Part shown: positions 38,223 through 47,510 of the stretch, one piece after another
Layout: each line of letters opens with the position of its first letter
How positions within the stretch are numbered: the stretch's first letter is position 1
Origin: Polyangiaceae bacterium
GTDB taxonomy: Bacteria > Myxococcota_A > Polyangia > Polyangiales > Polyangiaceae
Length of the DNA: 64,000 nucleotides
Direction of reading: 5' to 3'
NCBI GenBank assembly: GCA_044376115.1
Contig: JBILLK010000002.1
Span: 192,001-256,000, forward strand
Notes under the pieces: model-generated
Databases searched by the model: none
Told to the model about the DNA's origin: nothing
What the model saw: the letters and a program-made list of their open reading frames with translations, nothing else
Translations under genes and position numbers: made by a program

Positions 38223-39929
38223 ATGCGGCGTGCGACCCAAGAGTTCCGAAGTGTTGGGCGTGACAATTCTGTCCCGCGCGCCTTTGTGGACGTTTCGTTC
38301 GAGAACGAGGGCGGGGTGCTCATCCCCCATCCTCGGCGGGTGCTGAACCAGCACAACGTGATCGGGCGAGCGCCTGGGGTCGCGGTTCAGCTCGATCACG
38401 ACACCGTCAGTCGCAAGCACGCTGAGATCTTTTTAGACCCGTTTGGTCGCTGGTGGGTCCGCGATCTGGCCAGCACCAACGGTACGTCGGTCAACGGCGA
38501 GCGCGTCTCCGAGCATTTGTTGCGGCCGATGGACCGCATCGATTGCGGTGACTTCCGGCTCATCTTTTTGACCGGGGGCCCTACGGACACCAAGCGCGCC
38601 GGGCCCTCACTCGAGGAGACGCTCGACGGCACCGCGGCTCCCAGCTGGTTACGCACGCTCCGGGACATCGAGCCGCCGCAGGTTTCGGCAACGCAGCTTG
38701 GGACGCTGATGGGTTTCAGTCGTCGGCTACTGGGCATCGAGGACCCTACCGAGCGCCTCTTGTGCTTGTGTCAGTTGCTGGTCTCGGCGGACTTCCACGG
38801 GTCGCAGGCGCTCGTCGCTCGCGTCGTCGAGGGTGAGCCAACACGCGTGCTCGCGGGCCCTTGCCGTCCCGAGGGAACGACAGAGGAGGCGCCCTACGTC
38901 TCGCGCTCGGTTCTCAAGCGTGTGGTCGATACCAAACAAGCGGTGCTGGGCTCCAACCTGCCGCAGACCGGCACCGATCTTGAGCTCACGATGAGCGCTG
39001 AGATCGCACCCATCTCGACGATCGCCGTGCCCATCGCGATCTCCGAAGGCGTGACCGACGTGCTCTACGGCAATTTCCCTCCTCACGTCGCGCGCTCCGA
39101 TTGGCTCGCGCTCGTGTCGCTCGCAGGTGAGCTTTTTCAACAGTCGGAGAGCGCCTGGCTCGCACGCCGGCATGCACAGGAGCACGCAGCCATCGAGCGC
39201 GAGTTGGAGATGGCCCGAATCATTCAACTGGCACTCGTTCCGAAGTTCCCGTCTAGGCCGGGGCTCGAGATCGCGGTTGGCTTCGAGCCGTGTCGATGGG
39301 TCGGCGGGGACTACGCGGACATCGTCCAGCTGGCGGATGGTCGCATCTTGTGCACTGTGGCGGACGTTTGCGGGAAAGGCTTGCAGGCCGCGCTCGTGAC
39401 CTTCTCCATTCACACCATGATCCGCACAATGGTGGATTTCGTGCAGAGCCTCACGGAGATCGTTGAGCGGCTCAATCGGCACTTGTGCGGCTACCTTCCG
39501 GATGACTCGTTCGTGACGATGGTGGTGTGTGCCATCGATCCAGCCACAGGCACGATGGAGTACGTCAACGCGGGCCACCTGCCGATTTTCCTCTTCAATC
39601 GGCACGGCGCCACGCGGACTTTGGACGCCGCAGAGAACCCGCCGCTCGGGATTGGCCTCTGTAGCTTCCGAGCGAGTCGGAGCCAGGTCAACCTCGGTGA
39701 CGCGCTGCTGCTTTACACCGACGGCCTGACAGAGCTGCGCAATTCGAAGGACGAGATGCTCGGTGAAGACCTGCTTCGCTCGAGCTTCGGTGAGATCTAC
39801 GCTCGCGAGAACATCGCGCCTGTCACACGCTGCGTCGAGGCACTTTCTGAGATGCTGAACGAGTATCGCGGCAACGAGTTCTCCGAGGATGATCGGGCCT
39901 TTATCGTCGCCCGTCGCACACTCCCGTAA
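38223..39929 (+). CDS. FHA + GAF-like + SpoIIE (PP2C) phosphatase
   Basis: FHA motif IGR...VSRKHA...DLASTNGT; PP2C motifs VGGDY, ADVCGKG, NAGH, YTDGLTE and EDD. Confidence 0.9.
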   Translation: MRRATQEFRSVGRDNSVPRAFVDVSFENEGGVLIPHPRRVLNQHNVIGRAPGVAVQLDHDTVSRKHAEIFLDPFGRWWVRDLASTNGTSVNGERVSEHLLRPMDRIDCGDFRLIFLTGGPTDTKRAGPSLEETLDGTAAPSWLRTLRDIEPPQVSATQLGTLMGFSRRLLGIEDPTERLLCLCQLLVSADFHGSQALVARVVEGEPTRVLAGPCRPEGTTEEAPYVSRSVLKRVVDTKQAVLGSNLPQTGTDLELTMSAEIAPISTIAVPIAISEGVTDVLYGNFPPHVARSDWLALVSLAGELFQQSESAWLARRHAQEHAAIERELEMARIIQLALVPKFPSRPGLEIAVGFEPCRWVGGDYADIVQLADGRILCTVADVCGKGLQAALVTFSIHTMIRTMVDFVQSLTEIVERLNRHLCGYLPDDSFVTMVVCAIDPATGTMEYVNAGHLPIFLFNRHGATRTLDAAENPPLGIGLCSFRASRSQVNLGDALLLYTDGLTELRNSKDEMLGEDLLRSSFGEIYARENIAPVTRCVEALSEMLNEYRGNEFSEDDRAFIVARRTLP

Positions 39930-39930
39930 C

Positions 39931-40377
39931 TCACTGCATGGCTGCGGCCTTCGCGCGGACAAAACGGGCGAGGCTCGCGATCGGGACGTGAGCGGGGCAA
40001 ATTGCCTCCTTCTCGAGCAACACTTCTTCCGATACGTACTCGAGCGCTCGCACCGCTGCGTCGTGATCCGGCATGTTGCGGGAGGACGCTAATACGAACT
40101 GCATCACCCCGCGGTACTCACCCTTCGAGCCTCGCTGTCGCTGCGACTCCCCGTCGTCACAACGTCCACACGCAAAGCAGCCTGAGAACGAATTCATCTC
40201 AAGGCGCTCGGCGGGCGACACGGCGGGAAGTCGGTCCTTGGCGTAATTCTCAAGGAACAGCGGCAACCCCGTGCGCGCCTTGAATGCCCGCAGCAGAAGA
40301 ATGCGCACCAACGCCGACGCCAACACCAAAGCGGCCAACGCACGGCCGCTTGCAACGATGCGGCGAAAGGGAGCCAT
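39931..40377 (-). CDS. Small membrane-anchored Fe-S-cluster-like protein
   Basis: N-terminal TM helix; CFACGRC plus a distal ICP(AHVP). Confidence 0.6.
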   Translation of the reverse strand: MAPFRRIVASGRALAALVLASALVRILLLRAFKARTGLPLFLENYAKDRLPAVSPAERLEMNSFSGCFACGRCDDGESQRQRGSKGEYRGVMQFVLASSRNMPDHDAAVRALEYVSEEVLLEKEAICPAHVPIASLARFVRAKAAAMQ

Positions 40378-40422
40378 GTCCAAGCGTAGCACTGCTGACG
40401 TGAGCTCGGCCGGGTGCGGTGA

Positions 40423-40464
40423 TGTTACGGTGTTACGCCTGTTGCGGTGTTACGGTGTTACGCC
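40423..40464. repeat. Five tandem TGTT(A/G)CG units (8-9 bp period) in a divergent intergenic region
   Basis: TGTTACGG TGTTACGCC TGTTGCGG TGTTACGG TGTTACGCC. Confidence 0.85.
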
Positions 40465-40504
40465 AAGGCCGTCGTAAGTCTTTGGAATCACAGGGTCAGC
40501 CAGG

Positions 40505-40520
40505 TGGCACGCTCAGTGCT
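40505..40520 (+). promoter_or_regulatory. Sigma54 (-24/-12) promoter of the ECF sigma gene
   Basis: TGGCACGCTCAGTGCT versus consensus TGGCACG-N4-TTGCW; correct GG-N10-GC spacing. Confidence 0.7.
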
Positions 40521-40532
40521 CTAGAGGGTCAC

Positions 40533-41147
40533 ATGACGAACGAGAGCGTAACGACCCTTCCTGCTGAAGCTCAAGACGACGCAGCCTTCATCGAAGGCTT
40601 GCTCACGGGAAGCGACGCTGGCTGGCGAGCTTTTCACGCTCGCTACGATCGTCTGATTTTTCGCTGCATCACAAAGGTTACCGGCCGCTTTGGCTCGGTC
40701 CTGAGCCACGACGATATCGGCGAAATCTACGCCACGCTCCTGCTTCAGCTGCTCTCCAACGATATGCACAAATTGCGGAGCTTCGATCCCACGCGCGGCA
40801 ATCGCTTCAGCTCCTGGTTGGGGCTGCTCGCCATCAACGCTTCGTATGACCATCTGCGAAGCCTGCGTCGTGAGCCTAACCGCGCACCGCTCGCGGAGGC
40901 AGACGACATCCGCTGCTCGCTCCCGACGCCGCACGACTTGGTCGAACGCCGCCAACGCGCCGAAATGGTGGCCGCGGCCCTACGAGAGTTCTCCGCCAAG
41001 GATCGCCAGTTCGTTGAACTCTACTTCGCTGAGGGGCTCGAGCCCGAGCAGATTGCCGAGCGAATGAATATCAGCGTCAAGACGGTGTACTCCAAGAAGC
41101 ACAAGATCCAATCGCGGCTGGAGTCGCTGCTGGCCTCGGCCGCCTGA
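40533..41147 (+). CDS. ECF-type sigma-70 factor
   Basis: Region 2 (LRSFDP..G.RFSSWL..LAINASYDHLR) and region 4 HTH (EGLEPEQIAERMNISVKTVYS). Confidence 0.9.
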   Translation: MTNESVTTLPAEAQDDAAFIEGLLTGSDAGWRAFHARYDRLIFRCITKVTGRFGSVLSHDDIGEIYATLLLQLLSNDMHKLRSFDPTRGNRFSSWLGLLAINASYDHLRSLRREPNRAPLAEADDIRCSLPTPHDLVERRQRAEMVAAALREFSAKDRQFVELYFAEGLEPEQIAERMNISVKTVYSKKHKIQSRLESLLASAA

Positions 41148-41202
41148 CCAAGATGAACGTATGAAGCGGCACGCCGACGCTGGTCTGTGCTAGTGGTTTT
41201 GC

Positions 41203-42075
41203 ATGTTCCGAAGCCGCGCCAGCTTTCGTAGCTCCGCTCCTTTCGCCGTTGGGTTCGTCCTTCTCGGCTGCAACGTTACTTCGGACGGGTCGGTCGGAGA
41301 CCCATTGGCCGAGCCAAACGCGAGCGTTTTGGGTGACGGTGCGCGTTTGCGCGAGGTCGTTCAAGAGCCCGAATGGCTGTCCCCGGAAGACACCGAGAGT
41401 GCCAACTGCAAGTCCCCCGGGCCGCGCAGCGTGCAGCTCACCGGGCAGGTCGTGGTCGCCATCGACCGCTTCGACGAGACCGGCGAGGGCGCGCTCGGCA
41501 ACCTCTACATCGAGGATTTGTACACCGCGGATGAAGAGCCGCAACCATACTCTGGCATCACTGTATTCCTTCCGGCGTTCTCTCCTCCGGATCTCCGATT
41601 GTTCGAGGAGGACGTCGTTGATACGAGCGGCAACCTGATCGAGTTCCTGGGGCCTGTGGCTGGCAAGTTTGGCGAGTGCAAGACACTGCCTGAGGTCACC
41701 GGAACGATGAAGTTGCGCTTCGACGGTGGCTCGCTACGGCCGGTTACGATAGTCGGGCAAAACGGTGGAAGCGTTCGGTGGGAGCCTGTGCTCGGCTACG
41801 AGAACGCACGCAAGTGGCTCGGGATGTTGGTTCGCTTCGAAGGGGTGCGGGTTCGCGGCATGCCGAACAGCTCCAAAGGACGATACACCGCAACCATTGA
41901 CATGGGCACCGTGTCTGCCGACGACTCGCTGGCCATCTCCAATGAACTATTCGACCTGCAGCAAGACGGCCCAACGCTCGAGGACGGAACAACGTTCAAG
42001 GCTGTGACCGGCGTGCTGACGTACTTCTACGGCTTCAAGCTCGCTCCGCGATCGGCCGACGACTTCGAGCTTTGA
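41203..42075 (+). CDS. Lipoprotein with OB-fold-like domains
   Basis: Lipobox LLGC; GNLYIED..YSGITVF, GMLVRFEGV and VTGVLTYFYGFKLAPRS..D motifs, resembling nuclease-associated OB folds. Confidence 0.6.
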   Translation: MFRSRASFRSSAPFAVGFVLLGCNVTSDGSVGDPLAEPNASVLGDGARLREVVQEPEWLSPEDTESANCKSPGPRSVQLTGQVVVAIDRFDETGEGALGNLYIEDLYTADEEPQPYSGITVFLPAFSPPDLRLFEEDVVDTSGNLIEFLGPVAGKFGECKTLPEVTGTMKLRFDGGSLRPVTIVGQNGGSVRWEPVLGYENARKWLGMLVRFEGVRVRGMPNSSKGRYTATIDMGTVSADDSLAISNELFDLQQDGPTLEDGTTFKAVTGVLTYFYGFKLAPRSADDFEL

Positions 42076-44369
42076 GCTGGTGGTGGGAGCGAAGGCAGGC
42101 CGCCTTTGGGCTGGTGGCGCTGCTAGCTTCGTGCGTTGCCCAGCCGACCATGTCGGGCTGGGAGTCCCAATCAGGTGGGTTTCGCGAAGCGCCGCTGCGG
42201 ATCCAGGTGGTCGAAGCGCAAGGCGCGCCCCCCGTTGCGCTATTGGCGCGTGAGGGAGATCCCGAACAGGTCGTTGCGGTGGCGCTCTACGGCGCGGTCT
42301 CGTCGGTTCGGGTGCTTGCGGTTGCGGAGGTGGTTGCCAATCGCTTGCGAGCGAAGGGCCTCGATGTGCACCTCCGCAGCGATCGCCAGAGCCTGGTGCT
42401 GTCGGTCAGTGGCGTGGATCAGGCGCCTCGGGAACTCGTGCAAGCACTGGCGACTGCGCTGCAAACTGGGGTTGAAGCGACTGACATCGCCGCTTTACCG
42501 GCCGATCTGTCTTCCCGAGTGCCGGTGGTCGCAAGCGAAGCGGAGCGGCGGCTCGCGAGCTGTACGAACCGCGCCAGCCGCATGCAAGGGGAGGGTGACG
42601 GGGACACGCGAAATGCCGGCCAACTCGAAGAGGCCAGACGTTTTCTGGCCAGTCCACAGCGGATGGCGTTCTCCGCGGTCGGAGCGCCCACATTCGTGAA
42701 GGCGGTTGCGGAGAGCGTGGCGCAAGTCGGAGGCTGGACCTCCACAGGTCCCGCGAACGCGCCAGCACCGAACGGGGACGGACCAACGCTCGAGGTTGTG
42801 GCGGGGTCAGCAACTCCAAGACTCACGCTCGCGCTTCGCACGGGCGACGGCGCCTCCGCATTGCAGCGGGCAAAGAGCTTCGCCGAAGGGCCAACTGCGT
42901 TCTCGGTGCAAGCGGAGCGGGCCGGCTTTTCGGTTTCGAAGGTGCTTGGGACGGTCGATCCGGAGGGCGGTTGTGTGACCGTAACGCTCGACGCGAGCAC
43001 GGCCGCTGTCGATAGCGGAGCCTTGGGCCGAGTGTTTCCGCGCTTGGTCGACGAGCTGCGTGCAAGCGAGCCGTTGCGTCTCGATGTCCGCGCCCAGGTA
43101 GCGAGTGAGCCCGATGTTCGTGAGGCGGCTGCGCTTGCCGCGTGGCTCACTCTTTCGCGCGGCGCCTCGTCGCAAGAAGCTGAGTTGGTTGCAGGTCTGC
43201 TTTCAGTGCGGGCCGAGGACTTGAAGACCAACGAAGCGGCGCTGAAGCGAGCGCTGGTCTTCACAAAACAGATTGAGCCCGTACAAACTCCGAAGGCGAC
43301 TCTCCATGCTGAGCGGGGTCAACCCGAGCGCTGGCTCTTGGTCGCAAACCCTTGTGCGGGTTACGGGGAGGGGAGTTCGCGATGGGGGATTTCGGCTTTG
43401 GCGGCGCACGCCGTCGGAACGCTCGAGGTCGAAGGTGTGCGCACGCAACCGTTTGTGGTGCGCGGGGCGGTTGGCTTTGTCGCTCGTGAACCGGCGGAGC
43501 TGAGTCCGCTGCCAGCGCGCACGTTGGCTCGGCGCGCGATGGCGGGATTCTTCTCGCTGCCACGACCAGCCGTTGAGCGCGCTGGCATTTACGAGCGGCT
43601 CGCAGGTGACCTCGCGCTTCGGTTTGGGCCGGCCGATCTGGCGCTCTCGGCGTTGCCCAAAGCCTTTGACGCAAACCCTGGCGTGCTTCCGTTGTTCGCT
43701 GTTCCTCGCAACGTCGCGCGTTTCGATGAGGCGGACTTGTCGCTTGCGCTGCGCGCAACGGCCGAGGGGCCGTTGATGGTGGCAGCCCTTGGCCAATACG
43801 ACGGCCTCGAGGCTGCCGCCGAGACCGTCGCGCACTACCGCAGCCAGCCTCAATTGGCTGCGTGCCCAACTCCGGTCCCGCCTAAGCCGGGTCGCTTGGA
43901 GGTGCGGGCAGCGAGCGCTGCCGCAGAGGTCGCAGTGCTTGTTCCCACGCGTGGGCCGTATCTCGCGGATCTTCTTGTCGAGCTCGTTCGCATGCGTGCG
44001 ACCAAGAGTCTCGCAACGCTCGACGGCGCTGGGGCTAGCGTGCGAGTCGAGTTATTGTCTGACCACGCGGCTGACTCGGTGCTCGTTACGCTTCGTGGCC
44101 CCGCCGACGCTACGCTGCCAAAGGAAGCGACGCTACTCGCGGCGCTGCGTGAGCTGACCGGGCCGCTTCCGGAGGAGATCGTGCTTGAGGCGATGTCGCG
44201 CGCTTCTCAGCGTCAGCGGGCGAGACTGCGAGAGCCCATGGAGCGGCTCTCGGCATTGTTGCGTGGTCGACTCCCGCTGCCTGCTCCAGCTCAGCTATCG
44301 GAGGTCGTTCGCGACCTGGCGCAACTCCCAGGCCTGAGCGACCCAACCGTCGTCGTCGCCAAGCCCTGA
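42072..44369 (+). CDS. Large lipoprotein, possibly a degenerate M16 peptidase-like fold
   Basis: Lipobox LASC; 4-bp overlap with the upstream gene; no HxxEH motif found, so the fold call is tentative. Confidence 0.45.
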   Translation: MSWWWERRQAAFGLVALLASCVAQPTMSGWESQSGGFREAPLRIQVVEAQGAPPVALLAREGDPEQVVAVALYGAVSSVRVLAVAEVVANRLRAKGLDVHLRSDRQSLVLSVSGVDQAPRELVQALATALQTGVEATDIAALPADLSSRVPVVASEAERRLASCTNRASRMQGEGDGDTRNAGQLEEARRFLASPQRMAFSAVGAPTFVKAVAESVAQVGGWTSTGPANAPAPNGDGPTLEVVAGSATPRLTLALRTGDGASALQRAKSFAEGPTAFSVQAERAGFSVSKVLGTVDPEGGCVTVTLDASTAAVDSGALGRVFPRLVDELRASEPLRLDVRAQVASEPDVREAAALAAWLTLSRGASSQEAELVAGLLSVRAEDLKTNEAALKRALVFTKQIEPVQTPKATLHAERGQPERWLLVANPCAGYGEGSSRWGISALAAHAVGTLEVEGVRTQPFVVRGAVGFVAREPAELSPLPARTLARRAMAGFFSLPRPAVERAGIYERLAGDLALRFGPADLALSALPKAFDANPGVLPLFAVPRNVARFDEADLSLALRATAEGPLMVAALGQYDGLEAAAETVAHYRSQPQLAACPTPVPPKPGRLEVRAASAAAEVAVLVPTRGPYLADLLVELVRMRATKSLATLDGAGASVRVELLSDHAADSVLVTLRGPADATLPKEATLLAALRELTGPLPEEIVLEAMSRASQRQRARLREPMERLSALLRGRLPLPAPAQLSEVVRDLAQLPGLSDPTVVVAKP

Positions 44370-44397
44370 GGCAGGGCGCTTGCGTGACAATGAGCGG

Positions 44398-47300
44398 ATG
44401 ACGGGGCTCAGGGTTGATGCTACGAGCCGCGCGCTCGTGCCGCCCCTCACCTTTGGTCCCTACACTCTTGTCGAGCGAATCGGCATTGGTGCGCATTCAG
44501 AGGTATTCCGCGCGCACCGCCAACCTCGACGAGGCTTTCAAGGGGAGGGCCCAGCCGTTGCACTGAAGCGTGTCCTCGCCGGGGCCGCGCACGACCCTCA
44601 GACGCAGGCGACGCTCGCTGCAGAAGCCGAGCTGCTCAAGAGCTTGCGACACGACGGCGTCGTGCGGGTGCTTGATGACGGCGTGGTCTCCGGCGTCGCC
44701 TACGTTGTCTACGAACTCGTTGACGGTGCAGACGTTGAAAAGATCATCACGCGGGCGCGACAGCTCAACAAGCGACTACCGCTCGAATTTGCGTTTGCTG
44801 TCGCTGTCCAGCTGTTTGAAGCGTTGGCTTACGTTCATGAAGCTCTCCCTTCATCGCCTGGTAACGGATCCGCTCCAGCGATCGTCCACCGGGACGTGTG
44901 TCCCTCCAACATTCTGGTCTCCTGGGATGGCAGGGTCCGCCTCGCCGATTTTGAGATAGCGAAGGTGCCTGGTCGCAACACGACCACGGGAGTAGGCGAG
45001 ATAAAGGGCACCATCCGCTACATGTCGCCAGAACAAGTGAAGGGAGAATCGCTTGATCCGCGCTCCGATATTTACAGCGCCGGCGCCGTGATTCTTGAGC
45101 TCTTTGGTGGAAAGCCATTGTTCGCCGAGTTCAAGCCGATTGAGATTTTGCGTCGGCTCGCCGCCGGCGAGCAGGTCTGGAATCCAGAGCTAAATCCCGT
45201 CGATTTCGACGAAATCCAGGCGGTGCTCCGCAAGGTGCTCGCGCGCGAGCGCGGGGAGCGGTACGATACGTCCGCACAAGTTCTGAGAGCCCTTCTTGGG
45301 GCGGCGGAAAAGTTGAGTGTGAGCATCGGGCCGGCCGCCATCGCTCACACGATGGGTGAGTTGTTTCCCAAGCGGTTCGAACAAGGTACGGAAGTGGAGG
45401 AGAGCCGGATCATGGCTGATGAAAAGGGCGGGAGCGATCTGGATGTTTTTGAGGGCCTCGCGAAGAAGTCGGGGCGGCCATCCAATCTCCCGGGTGCGGC
45501 ACCGCCTTCGATGCCGTCGCCAAAGTCAACGGCCACACCGCCGATTCCGCCGCCTGCGTCGCTTCGAGCGGCAACCACGTTGGTCGGAGTTCCGGCACCG
45601 GTTCCACCCCCCACGTCGGGAGCGCTTGTCCCAGGGCTTCCGCCGCCCAGCATGAAGCCCAGCAGTCCGACGGGTAAGTCGGGCGCGACAGCGTTGGGGC
45701 TCGCCCCGTCGCCTGCTGGTGCAGATGCTCCCAAGGCTACGCCTCCGCCGCCTCCGCCGCCCCCGCCGAAGCCGCTCTCGGAGGCCCCTATCAGCAAGGC
45801 ACCAAACACCTTGCTCGCCGCGGTTCCTCCACCTCCAGCCCCACCGGTGTCGATTGGCTCGGCGTTGGGCCTCCCTGCAGAAAAGGGTTCGGACAAGAGC
45901 GCCGAGAAGGAAGAGAAAACGCCTCCGAAAGGCACCGCCAAGTCGAAGAACATCGACATGGATTGGGAGGACGACGAAGAGTCGACTCACGTCTTCGAGA
46001 ATCAAAAGCACGGTATGGGCAAGCCTTCAAAGAAGGCTCCCCCTCCTTCCACCGACCTCCCGCCGGTTTCGAAGGTGGGCGCTGCTGCGGCGCTGCTCGC
46101 CTCCTCGGGTGGTGCAGCTGCCGTAAGGCCCTCCGCCATTCCGAAAGCACCTCCTGCTTCAGTGGTGCCGCCTCCTCCGCCCGCGCCTCCGCCCACCCGC
46201 GCGAGCGAGGCGCCCGCACCTGTGGCGGCTGCCGCCGCTCCGTCGCGCAGGGACGAGGCCCCGGTGTCTCGTCGCAGGGAAGGGTCGAGCGGGAAGGTGG
46301 CGCTCGTCCTCGCGGGGCTTGCGATGGTCGCGGCGGTAGCGCTCGGCGTTTACATCTTCGTCCCAAGAACTGGCGAGCTGCTGATCGACATCAAGTCCAA
46401 GTCCGGCGCCGCGATTCCCACCGCCGCCGTTTACGTCGATGGCGTCAAGGTTTGCGAGAACACGCCATGTCGTGTCAACAAGGTTGATGGCGGCCAGCGC
46501 GCAATCAAGGTCGTCGTCGGTGACGCAGTTGTCCAGGAAGTGGCCAACGTCGAGCCAGGCAAAGAGCGTTCGGTGTTCCTCACCCTCGACGACGGAGCTA
46601 AAGAGAAGCCGGTGGCCGTGGCTACGCAGACAGCGGTTGCCTCGGTTCCGCCGCCGGCTGAGTCCGGTGGGACTGGCTTTTCTCTCGTTGCTCCCACGGG
46701 TGTAAAGCTGATCGTCGACGGCAAAGAGCGCGGCGTGTCGGATGGCAAGCCCTTCACCTTGAAAGACCTCCCGGCTGGCGATCACAAGATCAAGTTGGAG
46801 GGCGGCGAGCTGTACGAGTCGGTTGAGAAGACGGTCGCGGTCACTCAGGGCTCAATTACAGACCTCGGGGCCCAGAAGCCCAAGGTCCTCAAGGGCAAGC
46901 TGTCGCTCGAGCTAAAGACTGAGGGCGCGGTTGTAACGCTCTCCGGAAAGCAAGACGGTAAGACCTTCCAGAAGGACTTCAATGAGAAGAACTGGGAGAA
47001 GCAGCCCTTGGTGCTCAAGAACCTCGACCCCAAGGGCGAGCTCAAGATCACCGCGAAGAAGAAGGGGTTTGCTGACTTCACCGAAACGGTCGTGTTCCCT
47101 GACGGTGAGGCCGAACGTTCGATTTCGATCGAACTCGTAAGCGCGGATAAGCCGGTGGCCGTTCCCTCCGGAACAGTTCCCCCAACCAACACGGGGACTG
47201 CGCCCACCAACACGGCCACGGCCACCACGGCTCCACCACCAGCCGGCAACGCAACGCTTTCAATGAACTCGATCCCGATCTCCAAGGTGGTTCTCAACGG

Positions 47301-47445
47301 TCGCCCGCTTGGTAACACCCCGCAATCAGCCCAGGTTCCTCCGGGAAGTCACACCGTGATGTTCATCCACCCTGAGAAGGGCCGAAAGTCGGTCACGGTA
47401 ACGGTCAAAGCAGGCGAGAAAAAGGGCGCTTCGGTCAAGTTCTGA
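44398..47445 (+). CDS. Ser/Thr kinase - Pro-rich linker - TM - PEGA-domain protein
   Basis: ALK, HRDVCPSN, DFE (in place of DFG), KGTIRYMSPEQ; long Pro-rich region; TM helix; PEGA repeats (AVYVDG..TP, VLNGRPLGNTP...PGSHTV). Confidence 0.85.
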   Translation: MTGLRVDATSRALVPPLTFGPYTLVERIGIGAHSEVFRAHRQPRRGFQGEGPAVALKRVLAGAAHDPQTQATLAAEAELLKSLRHDGVVRVLDDGVVSGVAYVVYELVDGADVEKIITRARQLNKRLPLEFAFAVAVQLFEALAYVHEALPSSPGNGSAPAIVHRDVCPSNILVSWDGRVRLADFEIAKVPGRNTTTGVGEIKGTIRYMSPEQVKGESLDPRSDIYSAGAVILELFGGKPLFAEFKPIEILRRLAAGEQVWNPELNPVDFDEIQAVLRKVLARERGERYDTSAQVLRALLGAAEKLSVSIGPAAIAHTMGELFPKRFEQGTEVEESRIMADEKGGSDLDVFEGLAKKSGRPSNLPGAAPPSMPSPKSTATPPIPPPASLRAATTLVGVPAPVPPPTSGALVPGLPPPSMKPSSPTGKSGATALGLAPSPAGADAPKATPPPPPPPPPKPLSEAPISKAPNTLLAAVPPPPAPPVSIGSALGLPAEKGSDKSAEKEEKTPPKGTAKSKNIDMDWEDDEESTHVFENQKHGMGKPSKKAPPPSTDLPPVSKVGAAAALLASSGGAAAVRPSAIPKAPPASVVPPPPPAPPPTRASEAPAPVAAAAAPSRRDEAPVSRRREGSSGKVALVLAGLAMVAAVALGVYIFVPRTGELLIDIKSKSGAAIPTAAVYVDGVKVCENTPCRVNKVDGGQRAIKVVVGDAVVQEVANVEPGKERSVFLTLDDGAKEKPVAVATQTAVASVPPPAESGGTGFSLVAPTGVKLIVDGKERGVSDGKPFTLKDLPAGDHKIKLEGGELYESVEKTVAVTQGSITDLGAQKPKVLKGKLSLELKTEGAVVTLSGKQDGKTFQKDFNEKNWEKQPLVLKNLDPKGELKITAKKKGFADFTETVVFPDGEAERSISIELVSADKPVAVPSGTVPPTNTGTAPTNTATATTAPPPAGNATLSMNSIPISKVVLNGRPLGNTPQSAQVPPGSHTVMFIHPEKGRKSVTVTVKAGEKKGASVKF

Positions 47446-47453
47446 ACGCGACG

Positions 47454-47506
47454 CAAAAGCGAAAACGGCGCAAACTCCGCGAGGAGCAGCGCCGTTTTCG
47501 CTTTTG
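47454..47506. terminator. Bidirectional intrinsic terminator
   Basis: Perfect 18-bp inverted repeat CAAAAGCGAAAACGGCGC / GCGCCGTTTTCGCTTTTG with an inner CTCC-GCGA-GGAG hairpin, between convergent genes. Confidence 0.85.
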
Positions 47507-47510
47507 TCGC

